A stretch of 64,000 nucleotides of DNA from a virus, in the IMG/VR virus record IMGVR_UViG_3300005758_000037, positions 1-64,000 of that record; one strand, written 5' to 3'. Below the pieces are notes generated by a model. It saw only the letters and a program-made list of their open reading frames with translations. It ran no database searches and was not told where the DNA came from. Made by a program: the position numbers and the translations under genes. Shown here piece after piece: positions 7,285 to 15,528 of this stretch. Within the stretch, counting starts at the first letter, position 1; every line of letters starts with the position of its first letter.

Positions 7285-9567
7285 ATGGCTTCAATTGTAA
7301 GAATTAAACGCTCAGAGGTTTCTGGTAATCCAGCGATCCTAGCTCAAGGTGAATTAGCCTATTCTGCATTAACGGACAATGGTTCAAACGGTGGTGATCG
7401 TCTATACGTTGGTATGGGTACAGAAACCGCAGGTAACGCAGCCAACCACGTTGTAATCGGTGGTAAGTACTTTACCGACATGATGGACCACAACAAGGGT
7501 ACTTTGACACCTAACAGTGCAATCCTTGTAGATGCCAATAGCAAGATCGATAATCTAAAAGTAGATAACATCGATATTGATGGTAATACAATCAGTTCAA
7601 CCAATGCAAACGGTAATGTTGAACTAGCTCCAAACGGCTCAGGTTCAGTTGTACTAGACGGTCAAAATTGGCCTCAAACATCTGGTACAAACGGACAATA
7701 CCTACAAACAAACGGTGCTGGTCAAACTTCTTGGTCTACACTACCTCCAAGTGATTTTACAATCGCTGGTGATACAGGTAGCGACCTGTTTAGTACAGGT
7801 GGTACACTAAATTTTGTTGGCGTTGATCCAATCGATACTGCTGTAACTGACGATACTGTAACCATTTCAATCAAAGATGCTTCTAGCACAGTAAAAGGTG
7901 CTGCATCATTCAACGTAACAGACTTTAGCGTAACTGCTGGCGCTGTGAGCATCAACCATGAAGCGATTCAAGATATCGTTGGTGGTATGGTTTCATCAAA
8001 CGTTGAAAATGGTATTGCTGTAACATATGATGATGTAAATGGTAAACTCGACTTTGCTGTAAACAACCCAACAATCACAATCTCTGGTGATGTTGATGGT
8101 TCAGCAACAATGACCAATCTTGGTAACACAACAATTTCTGTTACTCTAGATACCGTAAACTCAAACGTAGGTACATTTGGTTCTGCTACCAGCATTCCAA
8201 TCATTACAGCAAACGAAAAAGGTCTAGTTACCAGCGTTGGTACTGCTGCGATTTCTACATCTTTCACTCTTGCCGCTGATACAGGTACTCCTGACGTTTT
8301 CAACAACGGTGAAACACTCTCAATCGTAGGTGGTGAAGGTATTGATACCAGCGTAAGCGGTGCTACTAATACTATCACAATTTCTGGTGAAGATGCAACT
8401 GATACCAATAAAGGTATCGCCAAATTTAACGCTGCAAGCTTTACAGTAACCTCTGGTGATGTAACAATTAAAGCTGGTGGTGTAACCAACACTCAACTTG
8501 TAAACTCACAAGTAACTCTTGGTACTTCTACAGTATCACTTGGTAGTACAATCACAAGTCTAGCTGGTTTAACTGAAGTTCAAGTAGATAACATCAACGT
8601 AAATGGTAACTCCATTAGTGCCACAGATGTAAATGGCAATGTCAATCTGGTTCCAAATGGTACAGGTGTTGTAGACGTTACTGATTCACGTATTGTAGGT
8701 GTTGCCGACCCAATTAATGGCAATGATGCTGCTAATAAAGCTTATGTAGATAATGCTGTTACTGGTCTTTCATTCAAACAAGCGGTAAATCTATTCGCTA
8801 ACACAAACGTAGCTCTAACCGGTTCTACAAGCACTCTAGTAATCGATGGTCACTCTGCTCTAGATCAGACAGATAATGGTTATCGCATTCTTCTAACTGG
8901 TCAAACTACTGATTCAGAAAACGGTATCTATGTTTACGCTGACAATGGTACAACATACTCTCTAACTCGTTCTGCTGATGCCGATGCTTACTCTGAACTA
9001 GATGGTGCATCAGTATTCGTTGTAGAAGGCGTAACATATGGTCAAACTGGTTGGGTTCAAACTAATCACTATCTAACAAGTTTTGCTGGTCAAACATGGG
9101 TTCAGTTCTCAGGTTCCGGTGCATACGTTGCTGGTGAAGGTCTAACACTCACAGGTACAACTTTTGATGTTGGTGCTGGTCTTGGTATCAGTGTAACAGC
9201 AAACGCTGTTAACCTAGCTAATTCCGTAGCTGGTGCTGGTCTAACATTTGATTCTGGTGTAATCAACGCTGTTGGTACAGCAAACAGAATCACTGTAAGT
9301 GCTGATTCAATTGACATTGCTTCAACATATGCTGGTCAAGCAAGTATTACAACTCTAGGTACTATCACAACCGGTACTTGGTCTGCTGATACAATCGCTA
9401 CTACCAAAGGTGGTACAGGCTTGACAAGTTATGCTACTGGTGATATACTATATGCTTCTGGTACTAATACTTTAGCAAAACTAAGTGCTGGTACAAACGG
9501 TAAGGTTTTACAAATTAATGGTAGCGGTGTCCCTGTTTGGGGTGATATCGACGGTGGTACATACTAA
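7285..9567 (+). CDS. tail-fibre-like protein 1 (760 aa)
   Basis: The N-terminal IVRIKRSEVSGNPAILAQGELAYS...LYVG motif is shared with many phage fibre N-termini. Gly/Thr/Asn/Val-rich beta repeats with an internal duplication. ...NDAANKAYVDNAV... motif and a globular C-terminal domain. Confidence 0.8.
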   Translation: MASIVRIKRSEVSGNPAILAQGELAYSALTDNGSNGGDRLYVGMGTETAGNAANHVVIGGKYFTDMMDHNKGTLTPNSAILVDANSKIDNLKVDNIDIDGNTISSTNANGNVELAPNGSGSVVLDGQNWPQTSGTNGQYLQTNGAGQTSWSTLPPSDFTIAGDTGSDLFSTGGTLNFVGVDPIDTAVTDDTVTISIKDASSTVKGAASFNVTDFSVTAGAVSINHEAIQDIVGGMVSSNVENGIAVTYDDVNGKLDFAVNNPTITISGDVDGSATMTNLGNTTISVTLDTVNSNVGTFGSATSIPIITANEKGLVTSVGTAAISTSFTLAADTGTPDVFNNGETLSIVGGEGIDTSVSGATNTITISGEDATDTNKGIAKFNAASFTVTSGDVTIKAGGVTNTQLVNSQVTLGTSTVSLGSTITSLAGLTEVQVDNINVNGNSISATDVNGNVNLVPNGTGVVDVTDSRIVGVADPINGNDAANKAYVDNAVTGLSFKQAVNLFANTNVALTGSTSTLVIDGHSALDQTDNGYRILLTGQTTDSENGIYVYADNGTTYSLTRSADADAYSELDGASVFVVEGVTYGQTGWVQTNHYLTSFAGQTWVQFSGSGAYVAGEGLTLTGTTFDVGAGLGISVTANAVNLANSVAGAGLTFDSGVINAVGTANRITVSADSIDIASTYAGQASITTLGTITTGTWSADTIATTKGGTGLTSYATGDILYASGTNTLAKLSAGTNGKVLQINGSGVPVWGDIDGGTY

Positions 9568-9576
9568 TTAAATAAC

Positions 9577-9600
9577 GGGCGGTTTTTACCGCCCTTTCTT
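9577..9600 (+). terminator. intrinsic terminator
   Basis: GGGCGGT-tttt-ACCGCCC followed by TTTCTT. Confidence 0.75.
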
Positions 9601-9621
9601 AACCTTTTTTAAGGATTGCGA

Positions 9622-11616
9622 ATGGCAAATAAGATCGTCTTAAAAAAATCATCTGTAGCTGCTAAAGTTCCAGTTGCTGGAGATTTAGATTTTGGTGAAT
9701 TAGCGATTAATTACACAGATGGTAAATTATATTTTAAGAAAGCAGATAATACAATTGATGCTTTTACAACAGCCGCTGCTTCTGCTCCGGTTACTTCTGT
9801 TGGTGGTAATATCGGTGATATTACAGATGCTCAACTTTTGGCATCTATCAAAAATGTAGATGGTACAGGTAGTGGTCTTGATGCTGATACACTAGATGGT
9901 AATCATGCTTCTGCTTTTTATCTTGCAAGCAATCCAAATGGTTATACAAGTAATACAGGTACAGTAACATCTGTTGGTGCTACTGCTCCTTTGGTATCTT
10001 CTGGTGGTACTGCTCCTTCTATTTCTATTCCTGCTGCTAATTCAACAACCAATGGTTATATGTCAAGTGCTTATGCAAGTAAACTTGATGGTATTGCTGC
10101 TGGTGCTACTGCAAATACAGGTACGGTTACTTCTGTTTCGGGTACTGGTGGTTATGGGGGTTTGACTTTAAGTGGTACTATAACTTCCTCTGGTAGCTTG
10201 ACTTTAGGTGGTACACCAACGGGTACATGGCCTATTAGTATAACCGGCAGTGCTGCTACAGTTGGTACTATAGGAACAACGCAGGTAACTACATTATACA
10301 GTCCAAATGGAGCTACTGTTGTCAATCCCGATACTGCTTCTGCAATGCCAGCACAAGGACAATCATTTATTCATACTCTAGGTACTGGACCTAGTGCGAA
10401 TGATGGTCATATTCTAGGTATGTCATGGGCAAATACAACTAGTGTTTATGGTGCTCAGATTTGGCTTGATACTGATCCAACTAACAGAATGGCAATTCGT
10501 TCACGCAGTAGTGCCGGTGTATGGAATGGATGGAGTGAAGTTTTAACTTCTAATAATTATACATCATACTCACCATCACTAACTGGTTCCGGTGCATCTG
10601 GTACTTGGGGCATTAATATCACTGGTAATGCAGCGACTGCTAGTAATTCATCTCAATTGAACGGACTATCATCTATCCAATTATTTAATAATATGGGTGG
10701 TGTCCACGGAACTCAAACAGATTTCAATGCGATTTCTGATTTCGGTGTTAGATATGTTCAAGGAACAACAAATGGTCCGGGTACAGGTTCGCAATATTAT
10801 GGTTTTACTCTTGGATTAGGTAATGATTACGCATACTCATCATATGCATCACAACTTTACTGGCCTCGCACACCTTTGTCTGGTTCACCTTATTTAAGTG
10901 TAAGATTTAGAGAAGGTGGTAGTTGGGGTAGTTGGTCTAAAATTTATGCAGGATATGCTGACTCTGCTGGTTCCGTAGCTTGGACAAACGTTTCTGGTAG
11001 ACCAACTGCTGTATCAAGTTTTACTAATGATAGTGGTTATTTAACTAGTTCAACAGGTGTAACTACAACCAACAACACCAGTTTAAACAGTGATACCCGA
11101 AATACTCGTGGTGTAACTCGCCTATATCGTCGTGATGATAATAGTGATTATTCTGTTCAAACTTATTGGACAGGTTCTCATTGGATGTTATATGGTTATG
11201 TTGGTGATAGTAATCACGCTGGTTGTCGTGTTGCGTATGCAGATTCCGCTGGTAATGGTGGTGTAACCTCTGTTAATGGAGCCACTGGTGCAGTTACTAT
11301 TAGTGCATTGACAGATGGTGGTGCGTCTTTTAGTGGATCAAGTGGCTATCAAAAACTATCAAATGGTTGGATTATTCAATGGGGATTATATGATAGAGGT
11401 GGTTGGACCGGTAACATGTATGAAAACGGTGAAAACATTTCTTTCCCTATAACATTCCCAAATGCATGTAGATCAATTACAACGTCACCGTATACCGGTG
11501 GAAATAACAACACAACATGGAGTTCTGAACCAAAAGTATATAGTTATACTAATAGTTCTTGGAAAAGAACAGGTGATGGTCACAGGTGGATTTTTTGGAT
11601 AGCGATTGGACATTAA
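9622..11616 (+). CDS. tail-fibre-like protein 2 with receptor-binding-type C-terminal tip
   Basis: ATG at 9622 preceded by AAGGA. N-terminal IVLKKSSVAAKVPVAGDLDFGELAINYTDGKLYFK fibre motif. Repeated GTVTSV / ITGNAATA units. The C-terminus (GYQKLSNGWIIQWG...FPITFPNAC...WIAIGH) is paralogous to the end of 29735..30841. Confidence 0.8.
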   Translation: MANKIVLKKSSVAAKVPVAGDLDFGELAINYTDGKLYFKKADNTIDAFTTAAASAPVTSVGGNIGDITDAQLLASIKNVDGTGSGLDADTLDGNHASAFYLASNPNGYTSNTGTVTSVGATAPLVSSGGTAPSISIPAANSTTNGYMSSAYASKLDGIAAGATANTGTVTSVSGTGGYGGLTLSGTITSSGSLTLGGTPTGTWPISITGSAATVGTIGTTQVTTLYSPNGATVVNPDTASAMPAQGQSFIHTLGTGPSANDGHILGMSWANTTSVYGAQIWLDTDPTNRMAIRSRSSAGVWNGWSEVLTSNNYTSYSPSLTGSGASGTWGINITGNAATASNSSQLNGLSSIQLFNNMGGVHGTQTDFNAISDFGVRYVQGTTNGPGTGSQYYGFTLGLGNDYAYSSYASQLYWPRTPLSGSPYLSVRFREGGSWGSWSKIYAGYADSAGSVAWTNVSGRPTAVSSFTNDSGYLTSSTGVTTTNNTSLNSDTRNTRGVTRLYRRDDNSDYSVQTYWTGSHWMLYGYVGDSNHAGCRVAYADSAGNGGVTSVNGATGAVTISALTDGGASFSGSSGYQKLSNGWIIQWGLYDRGGWTGNMYENGENISFPITFPNACRSITTSPYTGGNNNTTWSSEPKVYSYTNSSWKRTGDGHRWIFWIAIGH

Positions 11617-11617
11617 T

Positions 11618-12010
11618 ATGAAATATGCACATTATAACGAAGATACTTTTGAATTGATTGGTTGGTACACAAAAGATATACACGATCTGATTCCTGAACC
11701 AAACATGGAGGTTTCGGAAGAAGTTTGGCAGGAATCTTTAAAATACAATTATAACTGTGTTGACATTATTAATTCTTGTTTGATTAAAAAAGATTTTTCT
11801 ACATTAGAAGAACGCATGTCTACTGTAAGAAATTCAAGAAATTTTAAATTATCTGAACTAGATTTAATAATTGGAAATCCTTTTAGATTTCAAGAATTAT
11901 CTGATGATACGAAAAATAAGTTAAAAGAATATAGACAAAACTTATTAGATGTTCCACAACAAAGTGGATTTCCAGATAATGTTATTTGGCCTATAATGCC
12001 AAAAATTTGA
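11618..12010 (+). CDS. tail fibre assembly chaperone (Tfa/Caudo_TAP-like)
   Basis: Lies directly after a fibre gene. The C-terminal pattern ...LKEYRQNLLDVPQQSGFPDNVIWPIMP matches the W/YR..L..vpq...fP..v.WP..P signature of fibre assembly proteins. Confidence 0.65.
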   Translation: MKYAHYNEDTFELIGWYTKDIHDLIPEPNMEVSEEVWQESLKYNYNCVDIINSCLIKKDFSTLEERMSTVRNSRNFKLSELDLIIGNPFRFQELSDDTKNKLKEYRQNLLDVPQQSGFPDNVIWPIMPKI

Positions 12011-12027
12011 TAATATGAATATTACAC

Positions 12028-12056
12028 TTGATTTTCTTATAATTTTATGTTATAAT
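12028..12056 (+). promoter_or_regulatory. sigma70-type promoter with extended -10
   Basis: TTGATT (12028-12033), 17-nt spacer, TGt-TATAAT (12048-12056). Confidence 0.6.
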
Positions 12057-12085
12057 TACATTTATACGTTTATTATGAGGTGAGT

Positions 12086-12865
12086 ATGGAACAAGTAAAT
12101 AAAGCTAAAAGTTTCACTCCCACGCAAGCTATGCGAAATAACGCAAAAAGAGGACTTGCATTAAGAGAAAAGTGGAATAGAGGCGGTTTAAGTGCTTCTC
12201 AAGCTAAATCAGAAGGTGTAGGTTCCGGTGTTGCAAGAGCTAGAGATATCGCAAATGGTAATCTTACGCTCGACACTGTAAAGAGAATGCATGCGTTTTT
12301 CAGTAGGCACGAAAAGAACTTTAATCCTTCAAAGAAGGAATCTGATGGTGGTCCAACCGCAGGTACTATTGCTTGGTATCTTTGGGGTGGTTCAGCAGGT
12401 AAAGCTTGGGCTAGAAGTATTCTTAGACAAGAGAAATTATTAAAAGCTGTTGATGCTGAATTAAATCTAAATATTGAAGATTTAAAAGATAAGCTATCTG
12501 TTAGTAAAGCAGTTAACGAAGAATTAAAACAGGCTACATTCGTAGTAATGGTCCCAGACGAGATTGATGCTCATGGTGATATTACTACAGAAGAAGAGAT
12601 TCGTAAAGCTTGTTATAACTTCAACAAGCACTCAATGAAGGCTAATCTCTTTCATTTAGTAGAAACAAAAACATTTGAATTTTGCGAAAGCTATTGTTGT
12701 CCTACAGACTTCATCCTTGGTGATAAGTTAGTTAAAAAGGGAACTTGGTTAGCAACCATTCAAGCACTAGATGATGGTCTATGGGCATTGATTAAATCTG
12801 GTGATATTAACGGTCTTAGTATTGGTGCTTTAGCATCAGTAGAAAACATTGAAGAGGATGAATAA
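12086..12865 (+). CDS. prohead protease (XkdF-like C-terminal domain) with conserved N-terminal domain
   Basis: GAGG RBS. The C-terminal half (DAHGDITTEEEIRKACYNF...KGTWLATIQALDDGLWALIKSGDINGLSIGA) resembles XkdF-type phage serine peptidases. Precedes the scaffold and capsid genes. Confidence 0.65.
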   Translation: MEQVNKAKSFTPTQAMRNNAKRGLALREKWNRGGLSASQAKSEGVGSGVARARDIANGNLTLDTVKRMHAFFSRHEKNFNPSKKESDGGPTAGTIAWYLWGGSAGKAWARSILRQEKLLKAVDAELNLNIEDLKDKLSVSKAVNEELKQATFVVMVPDEIDAHGDITTEEEIRKACYNFNKHSMKANLFHLVETKTFEFCESYCCPTDFILGDKLVKKGTWLATIQALDDGLWALIKSGDINGLSIGALASVENIEEDE

Positions 12866-13833
12866 TGGCACGTAGAGCTAAAAGAAAACTCTCCGATATT
12901 AGCTTCCAGCACGAAGGTGCTCATGTTGCTCTAGTATCCAAAGAGCAAGGTGGTCCAGCTAATCTACACGATTATGCACTAGTTTTAAAAGCTAATAAGT
13001 TCAGTGAAGAGTTTGTAGAGAAAATGCAACAAGTTCGTGTAACAATGGAACTACCTGATTTTCTACAAAAGTTTTTCGGTATGTGGAGCGAAGATGCTAA
13101 AGTTCTTGCGACCATGATGGGTTATGTAGAACCTGCCGAAACACAAGAGATGGAAAATGAAGAAGCTCAAGCTGAAGTTGAAGACTGGATTAAGTCTCGC
13201 ATGGAAGCATTTGAAATTCTAAAAGCTGCACATGATTCAGATAATCTAGCTGCTGTTTTATCCGAACTCAGTGAAGAACAATATTTAGCTATGCTAAAAG
13301 ACCAAGAGCTAATCGAAAAAGCTTTTGAAAATGAATCTAAGCTATCTGCAAGTGCAGAGGCTGATGATACCTCACCCGCTAGCGAGGTTAAAGAAGAAGA
13401 GGTGTCTGCCTCTATTAACAAAGAAAACTTGGAGAAATCTACGATGGATGAAAACCAAAAAGAAATGGTAGAGAAAGCCACTCTAGACCTTCTACAGAAG
13501 TCATTTGACGAACAGAAGGTAGCTCTAGAAAAAGCTCTCGAAACTCTAGCTGTATATGAAGCTGAAAAGAAAGCTGCAATTGAGAAGGCCCGTAAGGATC
13601 AACTAGTTGCTGCCGTAAAAGACGAAGCTAAAGCTGAAACCCTATTTAAAGCAGTTAAGGATGTTGCCGACGAGGAATTCCAAGCTGTTGTTAAAACTCT
13701 AACAGAAATGCAAGAATCTGTAGAGAAGTCTGCTCTATTCCAAGAGCAAGGTAGCTCTGCTCAAGAAGAGACAGAAGTTATTCAAGAATCTGCTGTGGCG
13801 AAATTGCTAAAAGCCAAGCAAGCTAAAAAGTAA
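12865..13833 (+). CDS. scaffolding protein
   Basis: 322 aa, very acidic, Ala/Glu/Lys-rich predicted coiled coil, between the protease and decoration/capsid genes. TAATG overlap with the upstream gene. Confidence 0.7.
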   Translation: MARRAKRKLSDISFQHEGAHVALVSKEQGGPANLHDYALVLKANKFSEEFVEKMQQVRVTMELPDFLQKFFGMWSEDAKVLATMMGYVEPAETQEMENEEAQAEVEDWIKSRMEAFEILKAAHDSDNLAAVLSELSEEQYLAMLKDQELIEKAFENESKLSASAEADDTSPASEVKEEEVSASINKENLEKSTMDENQKEMVEKATLDLLQKSFDEQKVALEKALETLAVYEAEKKAAIEKARKDQLVAAVKDEAKAETLFKAVKDVADEEFQAVVKTLTEMQESVEKSALFQEQGSSAQEETEVIQESAVAKLLKAKQAKK

Positions 13834-13860
13834 TTTTAAATTTTATATTGGAGAATTAAT

Positions 13861-14259
13861 ATGGCTAACCCATTTGCCACAGAAGCTAAACGTCTATCTA
13901 ACGTTGTAAAGCAAGAACTATGGCCCGAAACTGGTTACACTCGTGCAGTTGTAACCGTAAATGATGCTGCTGCTACACTAGTACCCGGCACTGTTCTAGG
14001 TAAAGTAACTGCTACTGGTAAGTACAAAGTTGCTGTTCAAACTGCTGTTGACGGTTCTGAAGTTGCTGACGCTATCGTTATGCAAGAAATTGCTGTTCCT
14101 GCTACTACCGACACAAAGGTATTAGTTCTAATCAAGGGTCCAGCTATCGTTTCTAAGGCTGGTCTAGTACTAGACGCTTCTTACAATACTGCTGGTGAAC
14201 TAGCTGCTGTTTACGCTGCTCTAGAAGCTAAAGGTATTGCTTGCAACGATGCTGTCTAA
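13861..14259 (+). CDS. head decoration protein (lambda gpD-position)
   Basis: 132-aa Ala/Val/Gly-rich ORF immediately 5' of an E-type major capsid gene. GGAG RBS. Strongly biased (highly expressed-type) codon usage. Confidence 0.6.
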   Translation: MANPFATEAKRLSNVVKQELWPETGYTRAVVTVNDAAATLVPGTVLGKVTATGKYKVAVQTAVDGSEVADAIVMQEIAVPATTDTKVLVLIKGPAIVSKAGLVLDASYNTAGELAAVYAALEAKGIACNDAV

Positions 14260-14309
14260 TCCGACACATTGATTGTAACTATTGAATAACTATTTAAGGA
14301 ATATATAAC

Positions 14310-15326
14310 ATGGCACAAGTACGTAGCTTTGAAAAACCATTTGAGCTAGTTGACTACACAGAAGAACTACTTCTAGTTCCCAATAAGTGGGGTCTAATTA
14401 ACGAACTCGGCATCTTCCGTAACGAAGGTGTAGCTCAACACTCTATCACTGTTGAATCCAGCCAAGGTACTCTAGGTCTAGTAACCGACAAAGTACGTGG
14501 TGAGCGCAACAACGTAAACAAGGACGACACACGTAACCTACGTTCATTCGCTATCCCTCACTTCCCACTTGATGACGGTATCAAGCCTGAAGATGTACAG
14601 GGCAAGCGTGCTTACGGTTCTGCCGATGCTGCTGAAACCGAAGCTGCTGTAGTTGCACGTAAACTAGAACGTATTCGTATGAGCCACGCTGCTACTCTAG
14701 AAGCTGCTCGTGCTTACGCTCTAACCACTGGTGCTATCTACGCTCCTAACGGTACTGTTGCTGGTAACTTCTACACTGATTTCGGCGTAACCCGCAAAGA
14801 AATCGACTTCGCTCTAGGTACTACAACTACTGATGTTCTAGCCAAGTCTGAAGAAGCTATTGCTCACATTCAGGACAACATCCTATCTGGTGAAACCGTT
14901 TCTAACGTAACCGTTCTCTGTTCACCTGCCTTCTTCGGTAAACTAATCACCCAAGCTGGTGTTAAGGAAGCTTACAAGTACTACAGTTCTACTCAAGAAC
15001 CCCTACGTCAGCGTCTAGGCTCTGGTCTATATCGTCGCTTCGTACACGGTGGTGTGGAATATCTAGAATATCGTGGTAGCTACAACGGTCAGGCTCTAAT
15101 CCCTGCTGGTGATGCTTACGCAATGCCACTAGGTACTAGCGACATGTTCATTACTTATTTCTCTCCAGCAAATAAGTTTTCTCATGTCAACACCATTGGT
15201 GAAGAAGCATACGCATTTACCTACAGAGATCCCAAAGATAGCGAAATTCAGATTCAAACTGAGTCTAACTTCCTAAACTTGGTTCGTCGCCCACAAGCTC
15301 TAGTTCGTTTGTTTACAAGCAACTAA
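14310..15326 (+). CDS. major capsid protein (lambda gpE-like family)
   Basis: 338 aa. N-terminal ...NELGIFRNEGVAQHSITVESSQGTLGLVTDKVRGERNN...RNLRSFAIPHFP and the C-terminal pattern resemble lambda E-type capsid proteins. Synteny with the decoration protein and strong codon bias support the call. Confidence 0.8.
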   Translation: MAQVRSFEKPFELVDYTEELLLVPNKWGLINELGIFRNEGVAQHSITVESSQGTLGLVTDKVRGERNNVNKDDTRNLRSFAIPHFPLDDGIKPEDVQGKRAYGSADAAETEAAVVARKLERIRMSHAATLEAARAYALTTGAIYAPNGTVAGNFYTDFGVTRKEIDFALGTTTTDVLAKSEEAIAHIQDNILSGETVSNVTVLCSPAFFGKLITQAGVKEAYKYYSSTQEPLRQRLGSGLYRRFVHGGVEYLEYRGSYNGQALIPAGDAYAMPLGTSDMFITYFSPANKFSHVNTIGEEAYAFTYRDPKDSEIQIQTESNFLNLVRRPQALVRLFTSN

Positions 15327-15339
15327 TCAGCTTTAAGAT

Positions 15340-15357
15340 TGGCTCCTTCGGGAGCCA
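15340..15357 (+). terminator. stable hairpin after capsid gene (no clear U-tract)
   Basis: TGGCTCC-ttcg-GGAGCCA with a UUCG tetraloop. May act as a terminator or mRNA 3' stabiliser. Confidence 0.4.
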
Positions 15358-15370
15358 TCTAACATAAAGA

Positions 15371-15399
15371 TTGCATTCTAACATTACTTATGTTACAAT
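15371..15399 (+). promoter_or_regulatory. sigma70-type promoter with extended -10
   Basis: TTGCAT (15371-15376), 17-nt spacer, TGt-TACAAT (15391-15399). Confidence 0.55.
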
Positions 15400-15528
15400 T
15401 CAGTTTTTATGTTAGATAAACTTGCAGTCACATTGCAGTGTGATACTTATGTTCCGAAAAGAGTCTGCAAGCTCTGTTGTGCCGATCCACGACTAGGAAC
15501 TCCTTATTCAAATCTGACGGAGATCAAA

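Noticed and set aside
7359-9317. Antisense ORFs inside fibre gene 1 (7359..7604, 7722..7955, 7968..8492 at 174 aa, 9102..9317)
   Set aside because: They are a product of the strong GGT/ACT/GTT codon bias of the fibre gene, which removes stops on the opposite strand. They have no RBS and low-complexity Val/Pro/Ser translations.
7285-11616. Diversity-generating retroelement targeting the fibre genes (the N-termini resemble Mtd-type fibre starts)
   Set aside because: No reverse transcriptase gene and no template/variable repeat pair with adenine-specific differences is visible in the window. The repeats present are in-frame coding duplications.
13167-13481. 104-aa antisense ORF within the scaffold gene, and similar antisense ORFs in the tape measure gene (21099..21392, 22032..22232)
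   Set aside because: They are antisense to long, compositionally biased Ala/Glu/Lys-rich genes and have no translation signals.
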